A stretch of DNA of 43,313 bases from Octopus bimaculoides (lineage: Eukaryota): assembly GCF_001194135.2 (NCBI RefSeq), contig NC_068987.1, positions 38,785,487-38,828,799 on the forward strand, read 5' to 3'. The first letter of the stretch is position 1, and each line of letters opens with the position of its first letter. This document shows positions 27,101-41,428 of this stretch, one piece after another. The notes under the pieces were generated by a model, which saw nothing but the letters and a program-made list of their open reading frames with translations, searched no databases and was not told where the DNA came from. A program made the translations under genes and the position numbers.

Positions 27101-30100
27101 TACACACACCTATTCATTCATATAAGCAAGCATGCATGTATACTCACATGCATACATGTGTTTATACATGTATAAATACATGTATAAATACGTGCATATA
27201 GATATGCATACAAACATACGTACGTACGTACATACATACATACATACATACATACATGCATGCATACATACACACACACACATACATACATACATACATA
27301 CATACATACATACATACATACATACATACATACATACATACATAGTCTTAACCATACGATCGTTGATTTTTCAGGAAATCTTGTTTAAATAAAAAATTAA
27401 AAAATCAATAAGGCACTTTAAATCGTGCATAGATATTTTGTTTCTGTTGTGTTTAAACCGATATTCATTTTGGATGGAATAATCCAGAGCCTGCAATGCC
27501 TGGAATCTTCTGCAATTTGAAGGACTCTAAATGTTCAAATACCGTCATCAACCGATATAAAACCCAATTCTTAATACAGCTTCATTATATAGCGAAACAT
27601 ATCCAAATTATTTGAATGCAGTGATTACATGACTTACCCAACGTAGATAAGATTAAAATTTAGAAAAACTAGTAAAATTTGAAGTATTTAAAGAATTCTA
27701 ATTATGCTAAAGTACCACCTGGAAACAAATCTAAAATACAAGTAAATGTGTTTGCAGGTAGTTACACAGCTCACCTCGGAATTATGTATTTTTGAATTCA
27801 ATCACACAGGATAGCACCTTAAATTAAGTTACTTCTTCCACATCTTAAAGATACCCAGAGCTTTCTGGGAGACATTTGGTAGACGGAAACTGTGTGGAAA
27901 CCCGATGAAACAAGTGTTTCTGTTGTTGGGTGATACACGTAATCCCCCAACATCTTCCGTACATTTCCAGGGTCTTGTTTCCTGCCAGAATTCTGGCCGG
28001 ATACAGGCCTCAGGTGTAAGAATAAATTCTTTCCTTTCTACCTCTAATATCATGTCATGTAAAGAGATATAGATGATATCATCCCACATAAGAAAACATC
28101 AAAACTAACCTCCGTAACCGCCCCCTAAACTCTTCAAAGTGTTTCTTGCACGACATAGGTCGTAACCAATTTCCGGAAATCCTGCATCTTCGCATTCTTT
28201 GATAACTTTCTCCAATTGTGGTATATCCATATCTTTTATAGCATTATCTAGTTCGGTTCGTAAATCATCTACTGATTTAAGATCTGTTAACATAAGTATT
28301 TATTATTTTAAATAAGAATAAAATAATATCAACAAAAATAAATTCATGCTATATTTTAATCTAATCAAATATTTCAAATTACTCAGTGATAAGTATCAAA
28401 CCATATTATTTTCTTTAATCATTCATTATATACTCTACATTATGATTTCATGTGCAAATTGTATTAAAATTTTGAGATTTAAATTAAATATCATCAACTG
28501 TAGATGTTTCAGAATTATTTTCATCGATGTTAAACAAGTGTAAACATGAAAATTAATTTCTAAAAGTAATCTGATTAAATGATTTTATAAATATAAAAAA
28601 ATATTCTTGAAATTTTCCGAACCTCCAGATCCACCATCTAGAATATTTAATATGTTCCGGGCATGTTGGATTTCGAAATCGAGTTCTGGCATTCCAGCAG
28701 ACACACTTTCGCATAGAACTTTATCTAAAGCTAATACATTTTTTCCTTCAATGGCACTTTTTAATTTTTCAAGAAGCTCACTAGCTGATTTACTCCCTAA
28801 ATGTTATAATACACAAAAGAGAATTATACAGAGAACTATAAATTCAAATTTCATAAAGTTGTTTATTCATATATATTTTTCTTCAAAACTACCGACAGTA
28901 TGATTTCTAGAAATTAACATGGATTTTCCTTGCGTATTTAATTTGTGAATTTTAATGTTCTAAGTTTACTTCAATATACATTTAAAAGCTAATTATGGAT
29001 TTATAGAAGAGTATTTTATATGTCTAGGCTTATGCAAATTTTCGTGACCTAATGAAGTTTCACATTATTATAAAATAATTCTAAATATAACTAAACTGAT
29101 CCCAATATTTAACAGATATACATTTTATTTATTCGAGAAGAATGTAATGGTTAGATTCGATGGATTTATAATGTGAAGAGTTGTAAGTGAATATTACAAA
29201 GACATTTAGTTCGATTCTTCAGGAATCTGCAATTAATAGCCGTTTCAAAACTGAATGATTTAATAGTAAAGTGATACAAGAAGATGGTTAACCTCCTCTA
29301 CCGCCTCCTAAATTTTCCAAGGTGTCGCGTGCACGACGTAGATGGTTACTAAGTTCAGGATAGCCAACAGATTCGCATTCTTCAATTAATCTCTCTAAAC
29401 GTGAACGAGATTTCTGTGCAACAGCTGATTCTATTTCCTCCTTCAGAACTTCAGCGCTAGCAAGGACTAACAAAGGAGACAAAAATATCTTTATTATATT
29501 CAAACTCTGTTATCTCAGATACATACGAGAATGTGTAAAAATCGTTACTAGTCAGAAAGAGTAAATTATGTGCGCGCGCACACACACACACACACATAGG
29601 TACAAATATACAAGCAGTCTAGCCATTTTTTTTTCCAAATGAGATTACAAACTGGATTTCGCAAGATAATGGGTAGTACAAACTAGAGTGTTAGTTATTT
29701 CCCTGATTTTGTATACTGATGCCACTGGTGGTATTTTCAAAAAATTAATATCAGTTATATACTTACATATATATATATATATATATATATATAAGATATA
29801 AAATTTAAAATACGAAATTTGATAATTGTTTTAATACCACATGGTATGCACATGAATACGTTTGTGCTATCTGTTATCATACGAAATCATGTTCACATTC
29901 ACTCGAACAGATAGTTCAACAACCAGTACTATTCAAACTATAACTGAATATTTGCAATTTTTTTTTAAACTATTGGTATCGTTCAACTGCCAGAAGAAAT
30001 CATACATCAACTAATATAGTATTGGTAACACATTCTATTTCGTTACTCACACGTATACATACATATATGTATATATGTGTATGTAAGCATATGTAAATGC

Positions 30101-31112
30101 ATATTTATGCATATAATAGAATACACCCAAGATAAAAGTATTTGTATTATTTCTTATAACTTGCATTGTTTTGGCTTTTAGAAAAATTACGAACGCTAAT
30201 AACACAGCTTCGCCGAAGAGATATGTGGATCTCACGGGGGGAAATTTTAAAGCAAGGTTCAATAATCACACCTTAAGCTTCAGACACTGGGATAAACGAA
30301 GAACTACCAAATTATCCAGTCATATATGGTTTTTAAAAGAACAATGTGTTAGCCATGGGATTTACTGCAAGATAATGGCTAAGTGTAAACCTTACACCAA
30401 CGGTAGTGGCAAGTGTGGTCTTTGTGATATGGAAAGATGGCTCATCTGGAAAAGTTCCTTGGACCCCGCTACATGTCTAAATTCGAGAACTGAATTTTTG
30501 GGATCATGTCCACATATGGCCAAATACCTGTTACCTGTTACCAAATACCTGTTTTGGTCCCCACAAGATTAGGGATAGAATCTTCATTTTTACTATGTTC
30601 CTGCACAAGCTTTCCTTATGTCTTAACATTTTTTTTATTATTTTATATATATATTTTTCATTTTTCTTTTTTAATTGTTTGAATGTGTACGTGTGTGAGT
30701 ATGTGTATATGTATGTATATATTAAATGTGTATGTGTGTGTATATATGTGTACGCGAGTTTGTATGTATATGAGTGTAGGACTGTGTCCGGTGCATAAAA
30801 GTGACTTTCGTGCATACGTCTCTTTCTTTTATACAGATATGCATATGCTTGTATATCTGCGGTTGTAGGTGTGTAACAGAAGGATGTATATGTATACATA
30901 TGTGTGTGTCCTTAGTCCTTAGTCTATCCCACGTCTGGTGGCGCATTGGGCAGACAACAATCTCTACTGATCTCTATCGGCAGCCTCACTCTCTCGATGT
31001 TTTCCCATTTTCTGTTTATTACTGCTATGTCTGCTTTGAACGATCTGCGCCATGTGTGTGTATATATGTACATATATGTATATACGTATATGCGGAAGTG
31101 CGAATGTATGTC

Positions 31113-31147
<35 letters not shown>

Positions 31148-34100
31148 NNNNNNNNNNNNNNNNNNNNNNNNNNNNNNNNNNNNNNNNNNNNNNNNNNNNN
31201 NNNNNNNNNNNNNNNNNNNNNNNNNNNNNNNNNNNNNNNNNNNNNNNNNNNNNNNNNNNNNNNNNNNNNNNNNNNNNNNNNNNNNNNNNNNNNNNNNNNN
31301 NNNNNNNNNNNNNNNNNNNNNNNNNNNNNNNNNNNNNNNNNNNNNNNNNNNNNNNNNNNNNNNNNNNNNNNNNNNNNNNNNNNNNNNNNNNNNNNNNNNN
31401 NNNNNNNNNNNNNNNNNNNNNNNNNNNNNNNNNNNNNNNNNNNNNNNNNNNNNNNNNNNNNNNNNNNNNNNNNNNNNNNNNNNNNNNNNNNNNNNNNNNN
31501 NNNNNNNNNNNNNNNNNNNNNNNNNNNNNNNNNNNNNNNNNNNNNNNNNNNNNNNNNNNNNNNNNNNNNNNNNNNNNNNNNNNNNNNNNNNNNNNNNNNN
31601 NNNNNNNNNNNNNNNNNNNNNNNNNNNNNNNNNNNNNNNNNNNNNNNNNNNNNNNNNNNNNNNNNNNNNNNNNNNNNNNNNNNNNNNNNNNNNNNNNNNN
31701 NNNNNNNNNNNNNNNNNNNNNNNNNNNNNNNNNNNNNNNNNNNNNNNNNNNNNNNNNNNNNNNNNNNNNNNNNNNNNNNNNNNNNNNNNNNNNNNNNNNN
31801 NNNNNNNNNNNNNNNNNNNACCCCCCCCTCCTTGTCCCCCCCTCCTCTCTCTCTCTCTTTCTCTCTGGTATTTTGATTAAGATTTGTTATGAAATTTATT
31901 GCAAAGTCTAACCTTCACGACCACCAGTAACAGACCGTAACGTGTATTTTGTTTTTTGCAGGTCGAAGCTTAGTTCCGGGTATCCGGCAGCTTCACATTC
32001 CTTAATCACTATTTCTAAAGCTTCTTTGTCTTGTTTTTGACGTGCTTGCTTCATTTCTTCTCGCAATATATGAGGGCTTTTGAAACCTGTTAAAAATGTT
32101 CAGAGAATTGGAATATTGTGAAATATATCATATAGTATTCTTTTATTTTTCGTCAGATAAACTTTCGAAATATTAATCACAGTAGAGAAGTGTCGTATTT
32201 CGTATCAAATAGAAATATTAAATTTTAAGAAGAAACTTCATATTTTCGCTTTAAACTATAGATATTTCAAAATTATGTAGTATTGCCTATTTGTAGTTTC
32301 TTATACCAGTTCGACTGAGAGATAATTATTATAAAAGATCAAGCTAAAATTGTTAACATTAGTTTTAGAAAAAAGAAGAATAATGTTATTTAAACTATCA
32401 ACTCTACATCTTACCTTTAAGGAAAATTGAAATTGAAATATTGAAATTGAAAAATAATTTTATTTCCATAATAATTTGCATAGGAAATATTTTTTATATG
32501 AAATAATATTTTTTAATGCTTAATTCACATATTTGATAATAATTTTCATATTAATACTTCATTGACAAAAAATTATAATTCTAACCTCCTGCACCACCTT
32601 GTAATATGATGAGAAAGTCTCGGGCTTCTTGTATATCTGAATCAAGTTCTGGTATACCAGCTGACACGCAGTCATTAATTGTTTTTTCTAACTTTACGAC
32701 ATCTTTCTCTTTAATTGCATTTCTTAGTTTTTCCAAAAGGTTCTCTGTAGTCTTAGCATCTAATAACCAAATTAAAATAATTTATAAAGTGTTTTAGTTT
32801 ACTGATTGCACTAATTATTTAAAATCTCATATGTTCTTTATAAAATGTCCGAACGTTTTTCAAATTCCAATATTTAGTTATATAAATAGGACTACATTTT
32901 GATAGAATTATCATCCTTATAAAATCATTCGCCCACTTTTTTATGACGTTTCAATTTTAATTGAACATGATGAGAATTGACTTTCTTACACATTATAATG
33001 TCATTTACGTACTTCGTGATGTCATTTAAAGATTCTTTTTGTAATTTAATTAACATTCTATAATTTGAATTTAACTGATAAAGATGCTGGTTATTAAAGA
33101 CATGTAGATAGACATGAAACCGCTAACCTTCACTATGTCCACCTAAACTTTGCAGAACACGCCTGGCTTTACGAAGAGTAAAAGAAATCTCAGGAAACTT
33201 GGCCTTTTCACTCTTATTAATAGCTTTTACCAATTCTTGAACGTCTTTCTGTCTAGAAGCGTCTTTCAGCCAGGCACGTAGTGCGTCAGGAGATTTAGAA
33301 TCTGATAGTCACAAAATGATTATTTAATAAAGAAATGTTGTTTAGAAATATCTCACACTCATACGCGTGCGCACATACACACATTTTGTATTTTTGTGTA
33401 TCAAATACATACATATGAGGGGAAGTCAAAAGTTACCCGCACTTTCACCATAACATCTTTAATATGATCACACTGCCTTCTGTGCATGCGTGCTTATAGT
33501 TGGTAGTATTGTGATCGTGTGATCGAAGTTTGAGCCTCATCGCGCCATTTGTCTTTCTGGCTTTACAGTGGCCGCTTCACTAGCAATGCTCACCAAAAAA
33601 AGAACGAAGAGCAGTGATCCGATTTCTCTGGTGGGAAGGTGTGTCAGGTGTTGAAATTCATCGGAGGCTTTTAGCACAATACGGGGACAGTACACTACCG
33701 CGTAGAAGTGTGTATGAGTGGATCGAGAAGTTTAAAAATGGCCGGACAAGCGTGACGAACGAAGAGGGAGCAGGACACCTATCANNNNNNNNNNNNNNNN
33801 NNNNNNNNNNNNNNNNNNNNNNNNNNNNNNNNNNNNNNNNNNNNNNNNNNNNNNNNNNNNNNNNNNNNNNNNNNNNNNNNNNNNNNNNNNNNNNNNNNNN
33901 NNNNNNNNNNNNNNNNNCAAGCTCGAGAGACTGTAATAGTGAACCGGTTCACCATTACCATCTCCCGAGTCACTGTTCTTTGTCCTTCATTGGCGCACAA
34001 TACTAGTGGAGCAGGGATGCTTACACTGTAAAACCAGAAAGAAAAATGGCGTGATCAGGCTCAAACTCTGATCACGTGACCACAATACCACCAACTCTAA

Positions 34101-34180
34101 GCACGCATGCGCAGAAGGAAGTGTGACAGTAACAAAACTATGCTATGGCGAAAGTGCGGATAATTTTTGACTTCTCGTAT

Positions 34181-34239
<59 letters not shown>

Positions 34240-36725
34240 CATATAAACAATGGGCACTTGTGATACGTATTTACTGTGTAGAAACAACATGTCGCTGCAA
34301 AATGCTGTGACAGCATTTCGAAATTGACTATTTCGTAAGCTTTGCAGATTTGACTGGGAGAGTATACTGTCAAGCTTTTTCCGAGATTATACAATGTGAA
34401 GACGTATGTACACTTACAACCCAAACATTTACAAACCCACCTCCTACATAAACATACATACATACATGTATGTATGCATGTATGTATATATGCATGTACG
34501 TATAGGATTTTCGGACTAAAGTTGGAAAAGAAAACAGAGTCACCCATCCAAAAGTTTTTAAAGTATTTTATGAATTTAAAAGTATGAACTAATCATGGCT
34601 GGGAGATAGCAGTTTATTCAAATTAGCCGCTTTTAGCTTTCACCACGGCCTCATGGTGGCTATTAAACCTGGTGTATGCATTCCTTACTATACCCCTGTG
34701 AAGACCTTCGAACATCTCCATGATCTTCGCAAGCAGTTATCCTTGGTGTTGCAGACAGAGTAATTGGTGTCTTTCTCAACACACAGTAATCCATGGGATT
34801 ACAATCAGAGGAATTTATGAAGTAAAAATTGGGGCTAGTAAAGTCGTAGAAATTCTTCGACAACTACTTCTGACTTTTCCGGAGGTATGGCAAGGAGCCG
34901 AATGGGATATATGGTACATATACGTATGTGCTATATATAGAGAGAGAGAGGAGTGAGGGAGGGGAGAGGGGAGGAGAGAAGGGGGAGAAGGGGAGGAGAG
35001 AAGGGNNNNNNNNNNNNNNNNNNNNNNNNNNNNNNNNNNNNNNNNNNNNNNNNNNNNNNNNNNNNNNNNNNNNNNNNNNNNNNNNNNNNNNNNNNNNNNN
35101 NNNNNNNNNNNNNNNNNNNNNNNNNNNNNNNNNNNNNNNNNNNNNNNNNNNNNNNNNNNNNNNNNNNNNNNNNNNNAGAAATAGGAAGAGATATAGACAG
35201 AAAATGAAATAATATTAATCCATATAAAACAATACTAAATTATTACAATAATAGCTTTGCAAATAAATGTCTCAATTTGCATTCGGAATGCAATATTTTT
35301 TTATCTTCAAAGAGAGCACTCGCAATATATTCCCAACCTTTTGTGGTATTGTCCAGGTTACCCAAAATTTGTTGAGCATTTTCAATTTCTGAGTCTAATT
35401 CTGGTAATCCTGCTGCAATTGCCTCGTTTATAATTCTTTCCAAACTTAGTCTGTCTTTTCGTCTAATAGCTCGCTTCATCTTATCCGCAATGACTTCTGC
35501 ATTTTTTACTCCTTCAAGATGTAAAGCGAAGTTACACATTCAAACATTGCTTCGTATTAAAGATCGTCATGCACCGATATATACATTTAAATGACAATCA
35601 TGACTCAAAATTTGATATTTCAATTGCATCTTTCAAAATATGACAAAATCAAAAATCTGTTTATATAATTTACACATTTTACTGAAAACTTCTAGAAAAT
35701 AATGTATTAAGAAATCTGGTAGAAAATTAAATGCTTTGAATTAATAATTTATTTTATTTCTGAAAATAAACGTCATCACGCTGCTAACCTCCTCGTCCAC
35801 CGCCCAAACTCGTCAAAGTATCTCTAGCTTTTCGAAGTTCCAACCCTAGTTCTGGATAGACAGCTTCCTCACAATCAATAATAACAGCTTCTAATTTGCC
35901 TTGGTCTTTTTCGTCGATGGCCATTTTTAACCGACTTCTCAATGCATCGGGAGTCATGTAGGCTAATAAATTGAGAAACCACATAAAATTATTTTGAAGG
36001 ACCTAGATATCACAATTTATAAACCATTTAGTTTAAAGTAATTCATAAGTTACTTTTTTCTATTATTATACATCGCACAGAATATTACATACATTGTATG
36101 AATATACTTAGAAATAAAATATTTATGAAATGTCTAATTGAATGATAAAGTTTCAAAACAAATAAAAGGGCAAATAAAAGTGCTAACCTCTACGACCACC
36201 ACCTAACTTTTTCAAGATGTCCCTAGCTCGGCTTATATCAGAATCCAATTCAGGAAATCCAGAGGCAACACATTCATTAATAATTCTTTCCAGAGTCGGC
36301 CTGTTTTTCTGTAACATTGCAGACTGCAATTTTTCACGCAAACCTTCTGGGGTTTTATGTCCTGAGAATATGTTTGAAATTATAATAAAATGAAATTCCA
36401 CAAAATAGAAATTATTCGTGCTTGTGTTCAATATAAGTGTTTATCGGTCCCTTGTTCAAGGTATAATTGTTTTGAACGTGATTATTCTTTTATTCTCTAA
36501 TTTAATAATTTGATTGCAGCCATGCTGGAACACCGCCTTGAAAGGTTTTAGTCGAACAAATCGACCTTGGGACTTATTTTTTAAGCCTAATACTTATTCC
36601 ATGGACCTTTTTCGTCGAAGCACTAAGTTACAAGGACGTAAACACACCAGCACCGGTTGTTAAGCGGTGATGGATGACAAACAAAGACACAATATATATA
36701 CGTATATATATATATATATATATAT

Positions 36726-36780
<55 letters not shown>

Positions 36781-36881
36781 TATATACATACATATACATG
36801 TATGTATGTGTNNNNNNNNNNTAGATAGATAGATAGATAGATATATAGATATATATATATACATACATATACATGTATGTA

Positions 36882-36922
<41 letters not shown>

Positions 36923-39900
36923 GACGGGCTCCTTTCTGTTTCCATCTACTGAATCCACTCTCAAGGCTTTGGTCGGCCTGACACTTGCTCAAGGTGCCAC
37001 ACAGTGGGACTCAGCCTGGAACCATGTGGTTAAGAAGCAAGCTTCTTACCACACAGCCACGCCTGCGCCTAAATGAGGAAATTTTAATACTATTTAACAA
37101 ATTCTCAACACGACCACGCAGAAATATATGCACGTAGATGTTCATATGTACGTCACATTTATACAAATCTTATTTATATACGGTTTGCACTGAAGAGCAT
37201 TCTCACACTTTACTCTCAGTTGATCAAACGTTATTTGGAAATATAGTTATCTACGCGGTGTTGTTAAAGAGTATGAGGTTCCGTTAGACAACAACCTGTT
37301 CGGAAAATGACCTGTAGACAAATTGTGTTGTAAACATATCTTCAGTTTGATTAAATAACTGTGAAATGGCTTTTTAAAAAGCAGTCTTGCTTTGCAGAAG
37401 CAACGTAAATATTAAGGTTGTTTTGCTTCAAAACTTAGAAGCAAAGAAATAATTCACGGAATCTTTTTACTATTTCATATTATGGTTTAAGTAAGTATTT
37501 ATTGATACAAAATTTTATTATTTCTGTTTGCTTAATTTTCCTAAACATTCCTCAAGTTCTTACTGCAAACCACCCCAAACGTATTTTTACAGATTCGCAA
37601 GTTTCTGAACAGATGTAGTTTTTCATGCCAGTTACGAAAATCACAATTTCTGAAGAAATAAATAATAAAAATGTTACGAAACTTTAAAGCCAAACTTTTT
37701 TGTAATTTTAGCCAGTCAGATCTAACCTTTCTCTTCACACTGTGGAGATATTACTGATAGTGCCATGCTTTTTCTTTTCCGTTTCTTTTTTCTTTTTGCA
37801 AAAATTGACAATTACATTAAATCATATTCTGGCTTACAATGCGTTTCTTACACATGCTTTTTAATTGAACTGAATTAAGCTTTGTAAGTGCTTGACTAAA
37901 AGAGGATTAGAAGCCTAAGAAGATGACAGCTTAAAATAGACCTGATAAAACATTGCGTAGAATTTGAATTTAAGAAGTGTTTTCAACGTCTTTCAATGAT
38001 GGCAGGCGAATCAGACGTACAGTAGTTCGTTGTAGGATATAAATAACATTACCACTTGCTTATCAGGAAACTTGTAAGTTCGATCAAACACACAAACAAA
38101 CTAAGATGAGTGACTACAATACCCTGCCTCCGCGTACGCGCGCAAAGTATTTGACGAAAATGTTTGAAGCATTTGACGAAAGAAAATTAAAACAGACTTT
38201 TTGCAATGAAATTTTGCGATACTAACCCTAAATCCTAACTCTGAACAGTAACCCAAAATCCTATCCCAAGCCCTAATCCTAATCTCAAAACGGTTGTGAT
38301 TTTGGTAGCTAGAATGAAAAACTACATATGTGTACAAATTTTAAATAAAATTGTAAGCGGAAGTTTAAACCGAAAACCTTTCCTAACGATTTAATTAATA
38401 CGCAATTAACGATTCAATTAATGCGCTATTAAAAATAATAGATGTGATTTGCAGAAACTAATTGCTAACCTCCGAGGCCACCTCCTATGCTTTGCAAAGT
38501 TGTTCGAGCCCTACGAAGGTCGCTACCCAGTTCAGGGTAACCAGCACCTTCGCATTCATCAATGGCTTTCTCCAAATGTAATCTATCTTTCCAGTTGACT
38601 GCTTGTTTGAGTTTATCACGTAAAGCTTTCGGTGACATTTTACCTGAGGCAATCATAAATAAATCATAAAATAAATTACAAAATTACCTGAGGCAATCAT
38701 AAAATAAATAAACATTGGAGAGCGGGAAACAGTAATAATGTATAATTAAAGCAAATATTAAATTAACTGTGTTATTCACTAGTGGAGATTGTAACACACG
38801 CAATTCAACACATTACAAAAACATTGTGAAAACAATCTAATATTATATGTGCAGATGACACATAAAAATTGTTTCTTTGATACATAACCAGACATTTCTA
38901 ATTAGCTCCTACCTTTTAATACTAAATTTACATGTCTTCAATGTGTAATGTACAGCGAAACAAAATTTATGTCAAACTAATAAATCTGGAATTGTTAAAT
39001 GAAATTATTTTAATCCAATTAAAATATCTGATCCTTCGCTTTTATTGATAGTATTTGTTAGAATTTTCACATTATTTTGTTTGGGGGCATCAATTCTCTG
39101 TTTGCATAATAGTTGTTGTTTAGTTTTTAGAACCAAAACGTATTTAAGATTTTAATTCTTTCAAATATGTACAAAAAGAAAATTAATTACGGCATTAAGT
39201 AGAAAAAATTTACCAATTATGATTCAATGCAAATCGACTCTTTTAGAAATGTCAAAATATTCGAGTGAACCTAACCTCCAACTCCTCCTTCAAGTAGATC
39301 AAGTACATCTCTAGCTTCGTGTACTTCTGTTTCCAGTTCTGGAAAACCCGATGCTACACATTCATTTATAACGCTTTCCAAATGAGGTCTATCTTTCCAT
39401 CTTACTGCCATCTTCAGTTTGCCACGTAAACTGTCAGGATTTTTTAGTCCTAACAAACCAAAAATATATTGACAATAAAAACACCTTTACTTTCCGTGAG
39501 CATTGTCATGTCAAAATGCTACATACTGGCTCGAATGTTTCCCTTATTCAAGGTACAATCAGGTTTATTTAATAAATACATTCACACAGTCCGATACGCA
39601 AGCACAATTTTATTTATATTAAAAATATACTCTGCATAAAAGTATACATCAATATACCTGTTCATGAAGACACTACCATCACATACACACACACTTACAA
39701 CACACACACACACATACAGCACGCAACACAAACACACATACAGCACGCAACACAAACACACATACAGCACGCAACACAAACACACATACACACACAAACA
39801 CACAAAACACATACATGTACACGCAACACTCATACATGTGAATATAATGTATTTTAATATTTCGCTCAGGTTTAGCGAGACTAATAATCTGGTGAACTCA

Positions 39901-41395
39901 AAATACATATGGTTCAGAACACAATGTTATATGAGTATAGAGTGGTAATAAAAAGAGATGAACCCGGAAAAAAACGTGGGGGGGGGGATGCATGTAAGTT
40001 ATGTATATATATGTATGTATGTCTATGTGTATATGTCTTGTATAGATGTCCGATGGGAGTACACAAAAGTAACCGGAAACGTTCTCTGTGGGACAAGCCC
40101 ATTGTAGTTCAGGCTTCCCCCGCTAGAAGCCACTTGATGCGACCCTCAGGCATCAGTCTGCCGACCGGCAGCATTAGGTCTAGTCCTTCTGCCACGTGGT
40201 ACGTCTTTATTTTGCAGTGCTTCGCCCTTGTTCGTCGATTTTTGCGATGGCTGAAACAAAGAAACAGCGTGCTTCCGTGAAATTCTGTTCTCCGCTGGGG
40301 CAAACGCGGCTGAAAAATGTTCATGCTTCAAACAGCTTACAAGTACGCTACCATGAGCAAAAGACAAATTTGCAAGTGGTTTTCACGCTTTAGGAATGGT
40401 CACTTGTCACTTGTAGATTACCCTCGTTCAAGGGCGATTAGCTTGTAGATTAACCTCGTTCACATCACGAAAATTCATGAAGTGATCTTGAAGGATTGTT
40501 GTTGAACAATTTACGAACTTGTTGATATGACTCGTGTATGCTGGAGCTCCTACCAACGAATTTTGAGCGAAGAATTGCAAATGAAAAGAATTGCAGTAAA
40601 ATTTATACCTTGCTTACTCACGGAAAATCAAAAACTGTCACGACTGCATGCGTGTTGTGAACTGAAAGAACAGTCAGAAGTTGATCCGAACCTTTTTCCG
40701 AAGGTCATCACTGGGGACAAAAGCTGGTGCTACGGCTACGAACCGGAAACGAAAAAGCAATCAAGTCAATGGAAGCATTCAAGTGCGTCAAGTGAAGTCC
40801 AATGACAAGACGATGCTGATTTGTTTCATTGGTATGAAAGGAATTGTCCACACAGTATTTGCTCCTCTTGGTTAAACTGTTAACCAAACATTTTACTTGA
40901 CAGTTCTAAAGCGTTTTCGAGAGGCAGTGAGACGAAAACGCCCTGAACGCAAAGTGGAGAGTGATGGTTTCATCACGAGAATGCGCCTGCACACACTTCC
41001 TTGAGTGTGAGACAAGTTTTGCCAAACATGGCATGACCTCACTTGTTCACCCTCTCTATTCATCCGATCTTGTTTCTTGCGACTTTTTTCTATTACCCCG
41101 GATGAATAAAGTTCTTAAAGGAAAACATTTTGCAGATGTGGAAGAGGTGAAGAAAAAAGCCGACGGTGGCGTTAAAAGGCATCACTTTGCAAGAGTTCCA
41201 GGACTGCTTCGAACAGTGGAAAACGCGGCTGGATCGATGCATTGCTTCAAATGGAGAACGCTCTGAAGGCAATAAAAGCGTAAACATGTAAAACTGAGTG
41301 AATAATATTGCAAAATTCCGGTTTCTTTCTTTTGGTTATCCCCTCGTATGTTATGTATATGTGTAGCTATATATATATATGTGTGTGTGTATGTA

Positions 41396-41428
<33 letters not shown>

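Noticed and set aside
27460-28090. Less AT-rich stretch with an 86-aa ORF, possibly a LINE remnant or extra exon
   Set aside because: No recognisable domain or phase-compatible exon boundaries identified.
37722-37760. AAAG|GTTAG donor-like site with a possible 27-nt microexon
   Set aside because: No module similarity and a purine-rich, weak acceptor; such a motif is expected by chance in 43 kb.
38220-38290. ccctaa/cctaat-like short repeats resembling telomeric sequence
   Set aside because: Few and degenerate units; more likely part of a dispersed repeat.
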